From Raja brachyura (lineage: Eukaryota), in contig OY740820.1 of the NCBI GenBank assembly GCA_963514005.1, positions 18,042,001 through 18,106,000 of the forward strand: a stretch of DNA of 64,000 nt, written 5' to 3'. The position numbers and the translations under genes are program-made. The notes below the pieces were generated by a model, which ran no database searches, had not been told where the DNA came from, and worked only from the letters and a program-made list of their open reading frames with translations. Shown piece after piece: positions 1-11,570 of this stretch (position 1 is its first letter; each line of letters begins with the position of its first letter).

Positions 1-1875
1 TTGAGGCTATTCGCATGACAGTACTCAAGTAATATATCTGATTTTGTCTGTTGCGAGAACATTCCTATAAGTTGAATTACTAGAAGAATTAAATTAAAAC
101 CTTGGGGCATTGAATAGATTCATTGTTATTTCCTTATCATTTACTTTGACTGAAGATTGGCTTTGTGGCACGATAAAAAATTCTGTCAAAATAAATAACA
201 AATAACATTTTAAGGTGTCTGGAATACAATGTATGGGTTAATTGTTCCCATACAAAATAGCTCTCTTCTAACTACACCATGCCATTTTCCTCCTCTTGAT
301 ATTATGTTAAGGGTACAAGGCTCATTTTCGCTACATTTAGCACATTAAAAGCAAATCCAATGGAGGAATTAAATATTTGTTTACATTTGTGCTTTGACCA
401 TGTCACAGTCAAACACCTGAAGTTATTTTAGTTGAATAATTCAGGTCTTTATAACGGCAATATGGTTCTGATTGGCCATAACTTTGTTTTACTTGGGAAG
501 GTTGAGTGAAGAGTTGAGAACCAGATAGTGAAGGTCATGACTACAGTTTAAAAAAAAACAGATAGGACAGAGAGTGCAAAGAGAGTTTAAGAAGGAACTG
601 CAGATGCTGGAAAAACGAAGGTAGACAAAGGTGCTGGAGAAACTCAGCGGGTGCAGCAGCATCTAAGGAGAAAATAGAGTGCAATCCAAGGAGTGCAAAG
701 AGAGCGTTTCTCTTCAGGTGAGTTCAGGATTGCAGAGTTAACTCCAATGTTTGCAGAGCTGCCTGGTGAGTCGATTAATGAAGATAGTTGGAGAGGAAAC
801 AAACAGAGGTCCAAACAAGTGGTGTTAAATACAACCTGGAACCGAGGGGGGAGTGCTGGAAATCCTCAATTCATGGCAGTATCTATAGGGAGAGAAAATC
901 AGCGTTAATGTTTATAATACTTACCTAACAGCAGAACTGGCCAGTTCTGATACAAACAAAAGGAGCACATTTGAAGGAAATTAATGCTGGCCAACTTTCC
1001 ACACATTTGGGGAAAATAGTTAACTTTGCAATTTATAGTGTGAAAATATTAAAATTCAATATATTTCTAATTTGATGAAAACTTATCCTAAAGATCTTAC
1101 AAATTTACATTGATGTTTTTTCAATACAACCTGATGTTATCTTTCTTTAATAAGGGGCCAATCCTTTTACCTCCTCACACATCTCCATGTTGGTACGGCA
1201 CTCTTAACATAATTCACGAAAGGGCCGAGTCTGTTGTCTCTCGTCTGTTTGGTGAAAACGCCAAAAGGATAAAGGATGTAGGTCTATGTAAACAATGCTG
1301 ACAGTCAGGGCAATAGCACAAGGTTACTGTTGACAGCAGGGGCTCAGAGTTCAGAATAACACAACCGGAATGAACACTTGTAAACTGTACCAAGTTGAGA
1401 TTTTAAGATTATGAAAATCCAATTTTCCTGAATAGAGTAGATGAATATGTCTCAGTTAAATTAAATTGTTCCAAAAACTCTTAGTATTGCAATCAGCGGA
1501 TATATAATGATGAATGTACCATATTTGTTCAAAATAACCAGTCCTAGTAATCTTGAAAGCTATTATGTGGAGCTACTTCCTCCAATTTTTTTTGTCCTTT
1601 CTTCTTAATCTCTTTTTCCATGATAAGTGCTGAATTTTTCAATTTGTGGAGTATGGATCTTTCTAGTCTAGTATGGCTAGCGTTTATTGTCCACCCCTAA
1701 CCGTCTATTCTAATCATTCTTCCTAATGTTTTTGGAATTCAATTGTACAAAAGACGGCAATCACTTGTATTGCACAATTCCGTTTCACTGAAGTTCCATT
1801 ATAAAAATTGCCTAACCACTTCAAAAATGTTTAAGATTTTGTTTTTCAAGCGAGCCATGTAAAAATCGCTGCTAA

Positions 1876-2566
1876 CGGGCCTGTCCCACTGCAGCAACNN
1901 NNNNNNNNNNNNNNNNNNNNNNNNNNNNNNNNNNNNNNNNNNNNNNNNNNNNNNNNNNNNNNNNNNNNNNNNNNNNNNNNNNNNNNNNNNNNNNNNNNNN
2001 NNNNNNNNNNNNNNNNNNNNNNNNNNNNNNNNGGGGGAGCGCTTTCTGAAATTCACACCCGCGATGAAGAGGAAGGTAAAAGACGGCTGCACAGTGTATG
2101 GTAAGTCTGTGAGAGGGGGGACAGATGTGGGGGGGGACAAGGGGTGGAGACACTTTTAATAAGTATAATAAAGTTTAGTGGGCATTTTATCTACCGGTCG
2201 ATTTTCCTTGGCCCTGAAAACTCCAATGAGACAATCAAAATGCCCGGTCAGCGAAGGAGATTGCCTACGGCTGCCCTCAACTGCCTGTAACTAAATAGCA
2301 ACACCATTCCACTGCACTAAGAGTTTTAAAAGAACTATGCCGATCAAATTTTACTCGCAGAAAATTTTTCAACATGCTGAAAAATGTTCTGCTGAGAACA
2401 CCTAGCTGAGCCGCGAGTATTCGGGAACTTCCCTAGAGCATGAAGGAGAGTTCCAGTGACCTCATAGAACCTCCTAGGACCATGTGTCCGAGCTTTAGTC
2501 GTGGACAAGCCTAAACTCGCTAAAGTCTAAACTCGCAGATTAGGTAGCTGCAGTGGAACAGCCCCT
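1876..2566. mobile_element. Non-autonomous DNA transposon (PIF/Harbinger-like MITE) spanning the gap
   Basis: TAA|CGGGCCTGTCCCACTGCAGC ... GCTGCAGTGGAACAGCCCCT|TTA termini; same TIR as the copies at 16943, 19487 and 43814. Confidence 0.7.
1899..2032. other. Assembly gap (134 N)
   Basis: Run of N inside a palindromic MITE. Confidence 0.99.
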
Positions 2567-2569
2567 TTA

Positions 2570-2895
2570 CTCTCCTTCAAGCTCGAGGGAAGTTCCTGCA
2601 TACTCGTGGCTTCAGTTTGGTGGAGGACAAATTTTCAGCATGCTTAAAAATATTCTGCAAATAAAGATTGGTCGGCATGGTTCTTTTGAACTCGTAGTAC
2701 TAGTGGAGTGTGGTCGCTAGGCAGTCGAGGTAGCTGTAGGCAATCTCCTTTGCTGATCGGGCATTTCAATTTGCTCATTGGAGTTTTCAGAACCAAGGAA
2801 AACCGACCAGTAATGTTAAATGCCTGCTAAATTTTATTAAAAGTTGTCTGGCTTCTTAAAAGTGTCTCCCCCCCCCCTTCTCCCCCCTTCTCCCC
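2570..2895. repeat. Inverted copy of MITE arm ~2130-2451
   Basis: Reverse complement aligns by eye along its length (e.g. ggagacacttttaa / ttaaaagtgtctcc; ggagattgcctac / gtaggcaatctcc). Confidence 0.8.
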
Positions 2896-3685
2896 TGTTT
2901 TGCAGCTAACATTTTTAATTTCATGATGGTCTAAAGTTAACTTTGCTTCAGGTACAAGAATAATGTTAGAGTACGGTAGGATTAGGGAGCTGATTATAAA
3001 AAAGTTTTGTAACTCCGGTGACATAATGGGTAAACCTATCCTGAGTTGTAGCACTAAGTCATTGGAACATAATCCCTAGATGTCATTCTTTCCCTGTGCT
3101 AATTCAATCGGAGAAAGGTTCAAGAGGTACTTCTATGTACCTGTGCTGAGAAGGAAATTAATTAGACAGGACCCCTTACTGATCTGGATCGTTGTGAGAA
3201 TATGTTACCAGGTCTATGATATCCTCTTGATCGGAAGGCTTCTTTGCTAGGAAAGTTTAGGTTGAGGTTCAGATGCAAAGTTTGGTTGTGCTGTAAATGA
3301 TGTCTCGTGTGTTTGCAGAACTACGCTCCAGCATGCAGGATCCTCGCAGCACTGAAGGGAGGGGAATTATGCAATAAAGCGAATTAAACACCGGAGTTTA
3401 ACAGTTCATCGCCCCCTCATCTCTTCCCTGTGATTTGCCCCTCCCTTGCCTGTGCCCTACCTAGATTCAACCCCTCTGTTCCCTGTGCCCATCAGGATTT
3501 ACCCCTTTCTTCCCCTCCTGGATTCACCTGTGCCCCACCTGGAAATCCACCCTATCTCACCTCCCCCCTCCTCCTGTTCCGTTCCACCTGAATTCATTTC
3601 CTCTGGCTTCACAGTTTGCACCTCCTTGTTTCCATATTTCGACTATGTTTCCACTAGTGGAACAGTCTAGGATAATGTTTTTTTA

Positions 3686-3945
3686 GGAAGATGAGGAGAC
3701 GTGTCTTCAGTCAGAGGATGGTGAATCTGTGGGTTTCTTTGCCACAGAAAGTTGAGGAGGCCAAGTCAGTGGATATTTTTAAGGCAGAGTTAGATAGATC
3801 TTTGATTAGTACAGGTGTCAGAGGTTATGGGGGGAAGGCAGGAGAATGGGTGTTTGGAGGGAGAGATGGATCAGCCATGATTGAACGGCAGAGTAGTCCT
3901 GATGGGCTGAATGGCCTAATTCTACCCCTATCACATGTCCTTATG
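3686..3945 (+). mobile_element. CR1 LINE 3' fragment
   Basis: Translates to FSQRMVNLWVSLPQKV..GVRGYGGKAG, like the C-terminus of the 54489 ORF, followed by the gatcagccatga 3'UTR motif. Confidence 0.85.
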
Positions 3946-4624
3946 ACCTGTTCTATCCTTATCTCATACTTTTTGTCTTTTCCTCTCTGAACTTTGTTCA
4001 ACCATCTGCCAATCAAACCCCCCTCCCCCCCCCCCTCCACCTGTATCCACCTGCTAAGCTTAGCGCTTCTCCACCTCTCTCCCAGTTCTCTCCCCTCCCC
4101 ACCACTGGGACCCAACCCGAAACGGCACTTATTCATGTTCTCCAGAGATGCTGCCCGACTTGCAGCATCTCTGTGTCTTTTTCTTTTGGAATGGATTAAA
4201 GATGTTTACCTTGTTCTGAGATTATAGCACTTCATCCAGGTCCTAAATCTAGGTCCTCATCAAGACTATGCCAAATTGGAAAATGTTTCATCTTGAATGT
4301 AAGAGAAGCACCGAAAGAATATATTGATCGAATGAGATTTTGAAATTGCCTAATGCTTAACTGGAATAAAATTATATTTTTCCTACCGGATTTACTTTAC
4401 ACTCTATGGATCTTGAGAGCAGCATGAGTATTTTTCTGGCAGCTTTGTATTATTTGTCACACTTCTTCATAAGTCAAATTCATTCCTCCTAATCACATCA
4501 GTATTTATTTTGGAACCGGCTAATCCTTCCAATGTTCAGCCGTATATATTTTCAACTTGGAAAAATTGTTTGGAGCAGTGTAATACATTTCTGTCTTCTC
4601 ATCTAATACTTGATTACCTGCACT

Positions 4625-5588
4625 TCAAGTCAAGTCAAGAGAGTTTATTGTCGGGGGGGGGTTACACAAAAAGCTGGAGAAACTCAGCGGGTGCAGCAGC
4701 ATCTAAGGAGCGAAGGAGGTAGACGACGTTTCGGGTCGAGACCCTTCTTCAGACTGGTCAGGGATCAGGGAAACGAGAGATATAGACGGTGATGTGGAGA
4801 GATAAGAACAATGAATGAAAGATATGCAAAAAAGTATCGATGATAAAGGAAACAGGCCATTGTAAGCTGTTTGTAGTGTGAAAATGAGAAGCTAGTGCGA
4901 CTTGGATGGGGGAGAGATAGGGAGAGAAGGAATGCCAGGGCCCGAGGGCTGAGGGAGAGGTTGGAAGGGGAGGCAGCCTGGGTTAACAGAATTGAGAAAA
5001 TTTAATGTTTAAGCCCAGAGGATGCAGACTCCCCAAGCGGAATATGAGGTGCTGTTCCTCCAACTTGCGGTGTTGCTCACTCTGGCCGTGGAGGAGGCCC
5101 AGGACCGAGAGGTCGGATACGGAATGGGAGGGGGAGTTGAAGTGCTGAGCCACCGGAAGGTCGGGTTGGTTATTGCGGACCGAGTGGAGGTGTTCGGCGA
5201 AACGATCACCAAGCCTCCGCTTGGTCTCACCGATATAGATCAGCTGGCATCTGGAGCAACGGATGCAGTAGATGAGGTCGGAGGAGGTGCAGGTAAACCC
5301 CTGTCGGACTTGGAAGGACTGCTTGGGTCCCTGAAAGGAGTGGATGGGGGAGGTGAAGGGACAAGTGTAGCATCTCTTGTGGTTGCAAGGGAAAGCGCCC
5401 GGGGAAGGGGTGGAGCGGGAAGGAAGGGAAGAATTGACAAGGGAGTTGCGGAGGGAGCGGTCTTTGCGGAAGGTTATTGTCATGTGTTCCAGATAGGACA
5501 ATGACATTCTTGCTTTGCTGCAGCACAACAGGAGATTGTAGTCATAAATACAGATCACATTAGTGTGCCCATATGCCATTGAATATAG

Positions 5589-5620
<32 letters not shown>

Positions 5621-5855
5621 GCACACACACACACACATATATATCAATAAACCGATAAAGTGCAATAGGCTGTTATAGTTCAGAGTTTGTTTGAAGTTGT
5701 GTTTAATAGCCTGATGGCTGTGGGGAAGCAGCTATTCCTGAACCTGGATGTTGCAGATTTCAGGCTCCTGTACCTTCTACCTGATGGCAGCGGAGAGATG
5801 AGTGTGTGGCCAGGATGGTGTGGGTCCTTGATGATGCTGCCATCCTTTTTGAGGC
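4625..5855 (-). mobile_element. Rex1/Babar-type LINE 3' fragment interrupted by the Penelope insertion
   Basis: 4625-4652 joined to 5474-5855 is the reverse complement of the 9510-9864 copy; contains (TA)n(CA)n microsatellite ~5590-5645. Confidence 0.8.
4653..5473 (-). mobile_element. 5'-truncated Penelope-like retroelement: GIY-YIG endonuclease C-terminus plus 3' pLTR with hammerhead motif
   Basis: ORF ending at 4983 has C-CxxC Zn motif, LIYCIRCSRCQLIYIGETKRRLGDRFAEH and LEEQHLIFRLGSLHPLGLN; 8-bp TSD TTATTGTC at 4645-4652 and 5474-5481. Confidence 0.9.
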
Positions 5856-6169
5856 TTTAATTGGATGGATTATCAATTAACATCAAATCACTCATTCAAT
5901 GCAAACTGTAATGATGTGGTTTATTCCACAGCATGGTATGCTGCATCTGTAGAAATTAGTACTATATTACACAACTCTTAAACTTTTTGTACTATTTTGA
6001 GTTTGTGAAAAAGACAAAGTCATTCTAACCTGAACTAACCCGTATTATCTCGAACACAATATTTTCTACCAAAGGGGGAGCCTGGCTTCATGTTGCCTGT
6101 TACTCTTGTAAATGTCACACAAGAGGTATTGCAGATAACCTGAGTAAACGCAATCGTTTTCTTCTGCAG

Positions 6170-6343
6170 CAGTCTATGGCCGCAGTTCTTGCCAAAGGAG
6201 AGGAGCTGGCAAACCGTTTGGAAAAGGAGAACGAAGAAGCAATTGCTAATGCCATTGCCGAGGAGGAACAATTAACAAGAGAAATTCAAGCAGAGGAAAG
6301 CAATGACATAAATCTGGAGACTGATGGTGAAAGCGAGTTCTCA
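6170..6343 (+). CDS. SCAPER: SCAPER internal exon (QSMAAVLAKGEELANRLEKENEEAIANAIAEEEQLTREIQAEESNDINLETDGESEFS)
   Basis: Acceptor ttttcttctgCAG|CAG (alternative start 6173), donor TCA|GTGAGT; peptide matches recalled vertebrate SCAPER; ends in phase 0 matching next exon. Confidence 0.93.
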
Positions 6344-7585
6344 GTGAGTACGGTCAGAGTGCTTCTCTAGTTACCCTTCACCCTTAATACCCTACATGAT
6401 CAATTTTTACACTTTTTCTTGAAATTGCTAGTTCCATATATTGGCAAACTACTAAAACTAAAACCATGACTGCATTCCTGCTTCATTACTCAGATACCAA
6501 ATACATATAGATTGGTTGTTTAGATGTTCATAAATTAACCAGGCGTCAATGCCCAGTGATACAGATCAAGAACGTTGGTTCTACTGATGCTGTTGCTAGC
6601 CCCGTTGAGATGAGTTATTATAACTAAGAATCAAACCTGCAATACCCCAGATTCTATGTTGTTTTGCTTTGCAAATGGTGGCGCATTTACTCACTGGAAA
6701 TAACTTCACATTTCTGGAATGTGTTTTCACTCCATATAATTGTAGTGTAATAAATTCAAATGCAGTTAAGTCTCTTTTCTGTATTCTAATTATATTATTC
6801 AAGGCCCTTTTGGGAACTGAAGGATATATTTATAAAGGTTGCCTTCAGGGTTATGGCAGGGTCCCATTACTGTGAACATCTTCATAGTTTGCAAGTCGGA
6901 AAAACAAAAGTAGAATTCTTCTATTGTTATTGATATACTTATCTTCATTCCTGTGTCAGACAGAGTGAAGTACCATATGTGCAAAATCATTTCTGAACAA
7001 TAAATTATTTTGCCATCCTGCAGAATTATGATCAGTGTTCTGAAAGTGTTCCCCATTGACTCATCCACGATTTGTTGAGTTTAATTTCCCAAATACTGTC
7101 AAGTACTGCCCCATCTCCAGTAGGACTCCTTGTACGTTGTCTAACAACAAATCTTGGACGCACTTTCCCATCTTAGCCTATTGCTTCAAGCAATTGGGAA
7201 AGTTTAAAATCCCCAACACCTAAAAAATGAACCTACTCTTGAACCTTTCTTCGATTTGCTAACATATCTATATGTGTTTTTTAAGAAATTTACAGTTTAC
7301 GAAGCATCTTTCCATACCCATTTGATAGATGGGTCTTTTTTTTAAATGCATGGTTCAGAAAATGTTAAAAAGATTTAAAAAGTATCTCAAAGAGGAACAA
7401 CATACTGCTGTCCAGGTATTTTGCAGATTGGAACAGCTTGGTTTTGATGCTTCATTATACTTGAGAGGTTAAATGTTGTTTCGGTAAGATCTCTGGCATG
7501 TAATTCAGCTCCGTTTGTAATAAAAATGATTCCATTTGTGCACTCAAATTTCCAGAATAGTGGGTCAAATCCATTTTTTTCGTAG

Positions 7586-7676
7586 GCCAGCATGAGCAGC
7601 GGCAGCTTATCTCTCTGTGGTCTCTCGGCTCAATCTCAAAATCTGGACTGGAATGATGTGCTAGCAGAGTATGAAG
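7586..7676 (+). CDS. SCAPER: SCAPER internal exon (ASMSSGSLSLCGLSAQSQNLDWNDVLAEYE)
   Basis: tttttttcgtAG acceptor, GAAG|GTACGT donor; 91 nt, phase 0 to 1; DWNDVLA motif of SCAPER. Confidence 0.92.
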
Positions 7677-8261
7677 GTACGTGCTTCATAGCTTTGTCAT
7701 CTGTATTTGTACTTTGACTAAATGAGAGTTCACTGTATTTTGTTTCAACATGGACGGCCCACAAATAACTGTTGGGGAGTGACAGCCATTTGATCCTAAA
7801 CCTATGGTTTGGGGTGAAAGCTTTTGAATGCCAATATTGTTGGCAGCCAAGATTCCATGTTTCACTTATTCTTCTGTTTGTAATTTTATTGAGCAACAGA
7901 TGGTATTTGCGCAACTTAATTTCCTCTTGAATTTACCACAACTATGCTCGACAAGTGCCTAAGAGACAGGCTTATGTTCCCGAGACCAGGTTCTGTTGGT
8001 AAGGACAGATTGATGTGAATAGCATCTTTCTGCTGAAGGTCATTTTTTTTTAAAACAGATAAAGTAAATAAAAGATTTATTTTGCTGATTTTTATTTTCA
8101 TTGGGCATATCTGATTGTTTAGTTTCAACCTTGATAGATTTTTGACCCTCTCTGGAAACAGGATTTTAGTTAGTAAGTCATCCCTGTTGTTAATTTGCTC
8201 TCCAACATCTATCTTGCCACCTTCTTGTTCGCACTCCATTTTGGTTCTTCCCAGTTTATTC

Positions 8262-8419
8262 TTCTTCTTCTTCTTCTTCTTCTTCTTCTTTCGTGTGGCG
8301 TGCACAGCCTAAAGTTGTCGGACAACTTGTTCTATTTGATCTTCCGTTTGTGCACGTCGAGTTGATTGCATTCGTCGAAACAGGGCGGACCACGTGAAGA
8401 TTGCAATCTTCCATCCCGG
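8262..8419 (-). mobile_element. Short retroposon: HDV-like ribozyme head + short body + (GAA)n tail, copy 1
   Basis: 11-bp TSD CCAGTTTATTC at 8251-8261 and 8420-8430; homologous to 39480-39619. Confidence 0.85.
8364..8417 (-). ncRNA. Predicted minimal HDV/CPEB3-like self-cleaving ribozyme (54 nt)
   Basis: GGGAUGG-AA-GAUUGCA-AUC-UUCACGU-GGU-CCGCCCU-G-UUUCGA-CGAA-UGCAAUC = P1,P2,P3,L3,P3',P1',P1.1,mini-P4,J4/2,P2'; one A.C mismatch in P1. Confidence 0.8.
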
Positions 8420-8883
8420 CCAGTTTATTCAAATCTGTTGTATCTGTGCGGGTAATAATATGTTCCACAATATGCTTCCGTGGCTTCTCCTCCATCAGAT
8501 CTTGACAAGGTCTCGTGGATGCCCTTGCCCTACCCCTTTTCCCTCAGCGAATATATTGCCTTCCATCCCGCCAGTCACCATATTGAATGGATGATCTAGA
8601 AATCTCACAGATTCATTCAACAAGATCTGGTGTATCTTCCATTCCCTTCCTCCTTTGGCATTGAGAAGGGACCATCCCTTTTGTGAATCACTGGTTCACT
8701 CTTCCACCTCCCCCTACACCTGCTTCCCTTTTCATGGCACCTTTCCAAACAACCACAGGCGATGCTTTGGATGCAGTGCCTGAAAGGCAAAGACAGTTTA
8801 AGGTTTTGCCAGAACCTACTGAGAAAGAACTTGGTAACAGCTGGATTTTTTTACACAAAGATTTATTATTATTCTGTTCTTAG

Positions 8884-9001
8884 CACGTGAACCTTGGCGC
8901 CAGAGCACATCGTGGGGAGATATTGTGGAGGAAGAGCCAGCACGACCACCAGGACACGCCATCCAGATGCACGAGAAGCTCTCCTCACCATCGCGGAAAA
9001 T
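8884..9001 (+). CDS. SCAPER: SCAPER internal exon (AREPWRQSTSWGDIVEEEPARPPGHAIQMHEKLSSPSRK)
   Basis: ttctgttcttAG acceptor; 118 nt, phase 1 to 2; conserved SWGDIVEEEPARPPGH..MHEKLSSPSRK; donor AAT|GTGACT. Confidence 0.92.
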
Positions 9002-9163
9002 GTGACTAAGATTAATTACTGACTAAAATTACTTACCACAGTACAGAATTACCATTAAGCTGTAATCAAGTATTGTGATTATCATTTGCAGAGTAAACCA
9101 AATTACAAGGTTTTAGATACAATAATAACCCTAATATGGCCTTTTCAAATTTCCTACTGACAG

Positions 9164-9275
9164 GACGATTGCAGAATCAAAAAAGAAACACGAGGAAAAG
9201 CAGTTAAAAGCTCAACAGCTTCGTGAGAAACTAAGAGAGGAGAAAACTATGAAACTACAGAAATTGTTGGAGCGG
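9164..9275 (+). CDS. SCAPER: SCAPER internal exon (TIAESKKKHEEKQLKAQQLREKLREEKTMKLQKLLER)
   Basis: ttcctactgacAG acceptor, CGG|GTAAGC donor; 112 nt, phase 2 to 0. Confidence 0.95.
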
Positions 9276-9329
9276 GTAAGCAGAACGGTTTCAATTCCGG
9301 CCTGTGAGAAATGTAGTAGTGGGAGTTGT

Positions 9330-9864
9330 GGAGAGGACTCTCTCGAACTCCTACAGGTGCACAGTAGAGAGCATGCTGACCGGTTGCATCATGGCTTGGT
9401 TCGGAAACTTGAGCGCCCGGGAGCGGAAAAGACTCCAAAAATTAGTAAACACTGCCCAGTCCATCATCGGCTCTGACCTCCCGACCATTGAGGGGAGCTA
9501 TCGCAGTTGCTGCCTCAAAAAGGCTGGCAGCATCATCAAGGACCCACACCATCCTGGCCACTCACGCATCTCCCCACTACCTTCAGGTAGAAGGTACAGG
9601 AGCCTGAAGACTGCAACGACCAGGTTCAGGAATAGCTACTTCCCCACAGCCATCAGGCTATTAAACTCGGCTCGGACAAAACACTGAATATTAATAGCCC
9701 ATTATCAGTTTATTTATTCATGTGTGTATATATTTATACAATGGTACATGGACACACTGATCTGTTCTGTATTTGTGTCTTCTATGTTCTGGTGTGCTAA
9801 AGCAAAGCAAGAATTTCATTGTCCTATCTGGGACACGTGACAATAAACTCTCTTGAATCTTGAA
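9330..9864 (+). mobile_element. Rex1/Babar-type LINE 3' fragment
   Basis: CTVESMLTGCIMAWFGN...LPSGRRYRSL...RFRNSYFPTAIRLLN post-RT domain, then caataaa and (tcttga)n tail. Confidence 0.85.
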
Positions 9865-9969
9865 GTGCACAGGGAGTTAGGTTTTAACCTCTATCTGTGA
9901 TGTGATTGGAACTCACACTGAAAAGCTGAATGTTCCTTCTAAATATTGTATGGGTTGCTGCCGTCTCAA

Positions 9970-10267
9970 TTTAGTTTAGTTTAGAGATACAGCGTGGAAA
10001 CTGTCCCTTCGGCCCACTGAGTCCGCACCGACCAACGATCCATGCACATTAACACTATCCTACACTAGGGACAATTTTTACATTTATATACCAAGCCAAT
10101 TAACCTACAAACCTCAACGTCTTTGGAAGCTGAAGTATTCAGAGAAAACCCACGCAGGTCACGGGGAGAACGTACAAACTCCATACAGACAGCACCTGTA
10201 GCCAGGATCGAACCCGTGTCTCTGGCGCTGTATGGCAGCAACTCTACCGCTGCGCCATCGTGCCGCC
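9970..10267 (-). mobile_element. tRNA-derived HE1/V-SINE-like element
   Basis: Minus strand has GGCGGCACGATGGCGCAGCGG A-box region, GGGTTCGATCC B-box, GTTCTCCCCGTG core, CR1-like tail and (CTAAA)n end. Confidence 0.85.
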
Positions 10268-11037
10268 ATAGTTTTCAGATGGGTGAATGGAACAAAGCAA
10301 AACTGCATCTATTTGCACTGATTTCAAGTCTGAGAAGCCACTAATTACTGCTCCTAATAGCCAGTTAGATAGCTGCCACGTTGGAGATGTAGGAAGTATC
10401 CACTGCTGTTCAGACAGAGCCTGGTAGGTCAGAGTAGAAGAAACCTCTGCGGCTTCTCGTAATATCCCCAACCAAAGTGCATAGTGCTAACGAGCTAGAA
10501 ATACAGGGGTAGGAATAGATGATTCTGCTATTCAATACAAATTGATCCTAACTCTAAATTCCATAATTTGGTTCCCTCATCATATCCTTCGATGCCTTTT
10601 TGTGTCTTGAAATCAATCTCTCCCTTAATTATATTCAATGTCTTTGCTGCCATTACTTCTGTGCTGGAGAACTCTACAGGTTTATCACCTGTGGAGTAAA
10701 AACATTCTCCTCGTCTCAAATCATAAATATGTTGCCCCATATCCTGAGAGCGAGAGCCCTGGTTCTAGATTTTAGAACCAGGGAAAGTATCCTCCCTGCA
10801 TCTAGCCTTTTGATTTTTGTCAGAATTTTGTATGTTTCAATGTTATCTCCCTCTCAGTCTTCTAACATCGATCCCTGTTGATTTGCCCTGTATTCATTAG
10901 AGTTCAATTGATCCTTGGGTTTTACCCCACCAACCTCCACATTCATCATATCATTCTTCGACATTTCTGGGTTAAAATGCAAGTAAAAGCAAGTGTTACA
11001 TATATAATACTGCCCAACCCATCCTCACTATCTTTAG

Positions 11038-11178
11038 GAGAAAGAAGTGCGAAAGTGGAAAGGGGAGCTGCTGGAACAGAGGAGAAAAATGATGGAGGAA
11101 AAGCTACTTCACGCTGAACTGAAACGAGAATTGCAACTGCAAGCCATTGTAAAAAAAGCACAGGAGGAAGAAGCCAAG
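11038..11178 (+). CDS. SCAPER: SCAPER internal exon (EKEVRKWKGELLEQRRKMMEEKLLHAELKRELQLQAIVKKAQEEEAK)
   Basis: tatctttAG acceptor, AAG|GTACAG donor; 141 nt, phase 0-0; coiled-coil peptide. Confidence 0.95.
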
Positions 11179-11207
11179 GTACAGGATCATTCTAGTTTTT
11201 TTGTCAA

Positions 11208-11570
11208 CTCAAGTCAAGTCAATTTTATTTCTATAGCACATTTAAAAACAACTCTCATTATCCAAAGTGCTTTACATCAGTGCAGGTACTAACGTGCTAC
11301 ATACAGTGGTACATAGATCTAACAATACATACATAAATACATACATACAGCGCTCCCTCAGAGGACCTCAAGAAACGCTTGTGAGTAGAAATAAGTTTTA
11401 ATTATAAATTTAAAAGAGTCGATGGAGGGGGCAGTATTGACGAGAAGAGGGATGCTGTTCCACAGTCAAGGTGCTGCAACCGCAAAAGCGCGGTCGCCCC
11501 TGAGCTTATACCTGGACCGAGGGATGGTCAGTATCCCCAAGTCGGCCGACCTGAGGGACCTGGAGGTTCA
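11208..11570 (-). mobile_element. L2-like LINE 3' fragment
   Basis: (TTGAC)n tail and AATAAA on minus strand, with the aaagtgctttaca stem-loop region typical of fish L2 3' ends. Confidence 0.55.

Noticed and set aside
693-908. Possible upstream SCAPER exon
   Set aside because: No recognisable SCAPER peptide or convincing acceptor/donor pair; a divergent exon in 1-6169 cannot be excluded.
4983-5636. 217-aa ORF as a host gene
   Set aside because: Chimera of microsatellite, Rex 3'UTR and truncated Penelope GIY-YIG; no genuine start.
7916-8495. ORFs with poly-K / poly-E / poly-F runs
   Set aside because: Translations of the (TTC)n retroposon tail.
9970-10267. tRNA genes suggested by A/B-box motifs
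   Set aside because: They are tRNA-derived SINE heads followed by SINE core and LINE tail; no complete cloverleaf or terminator.
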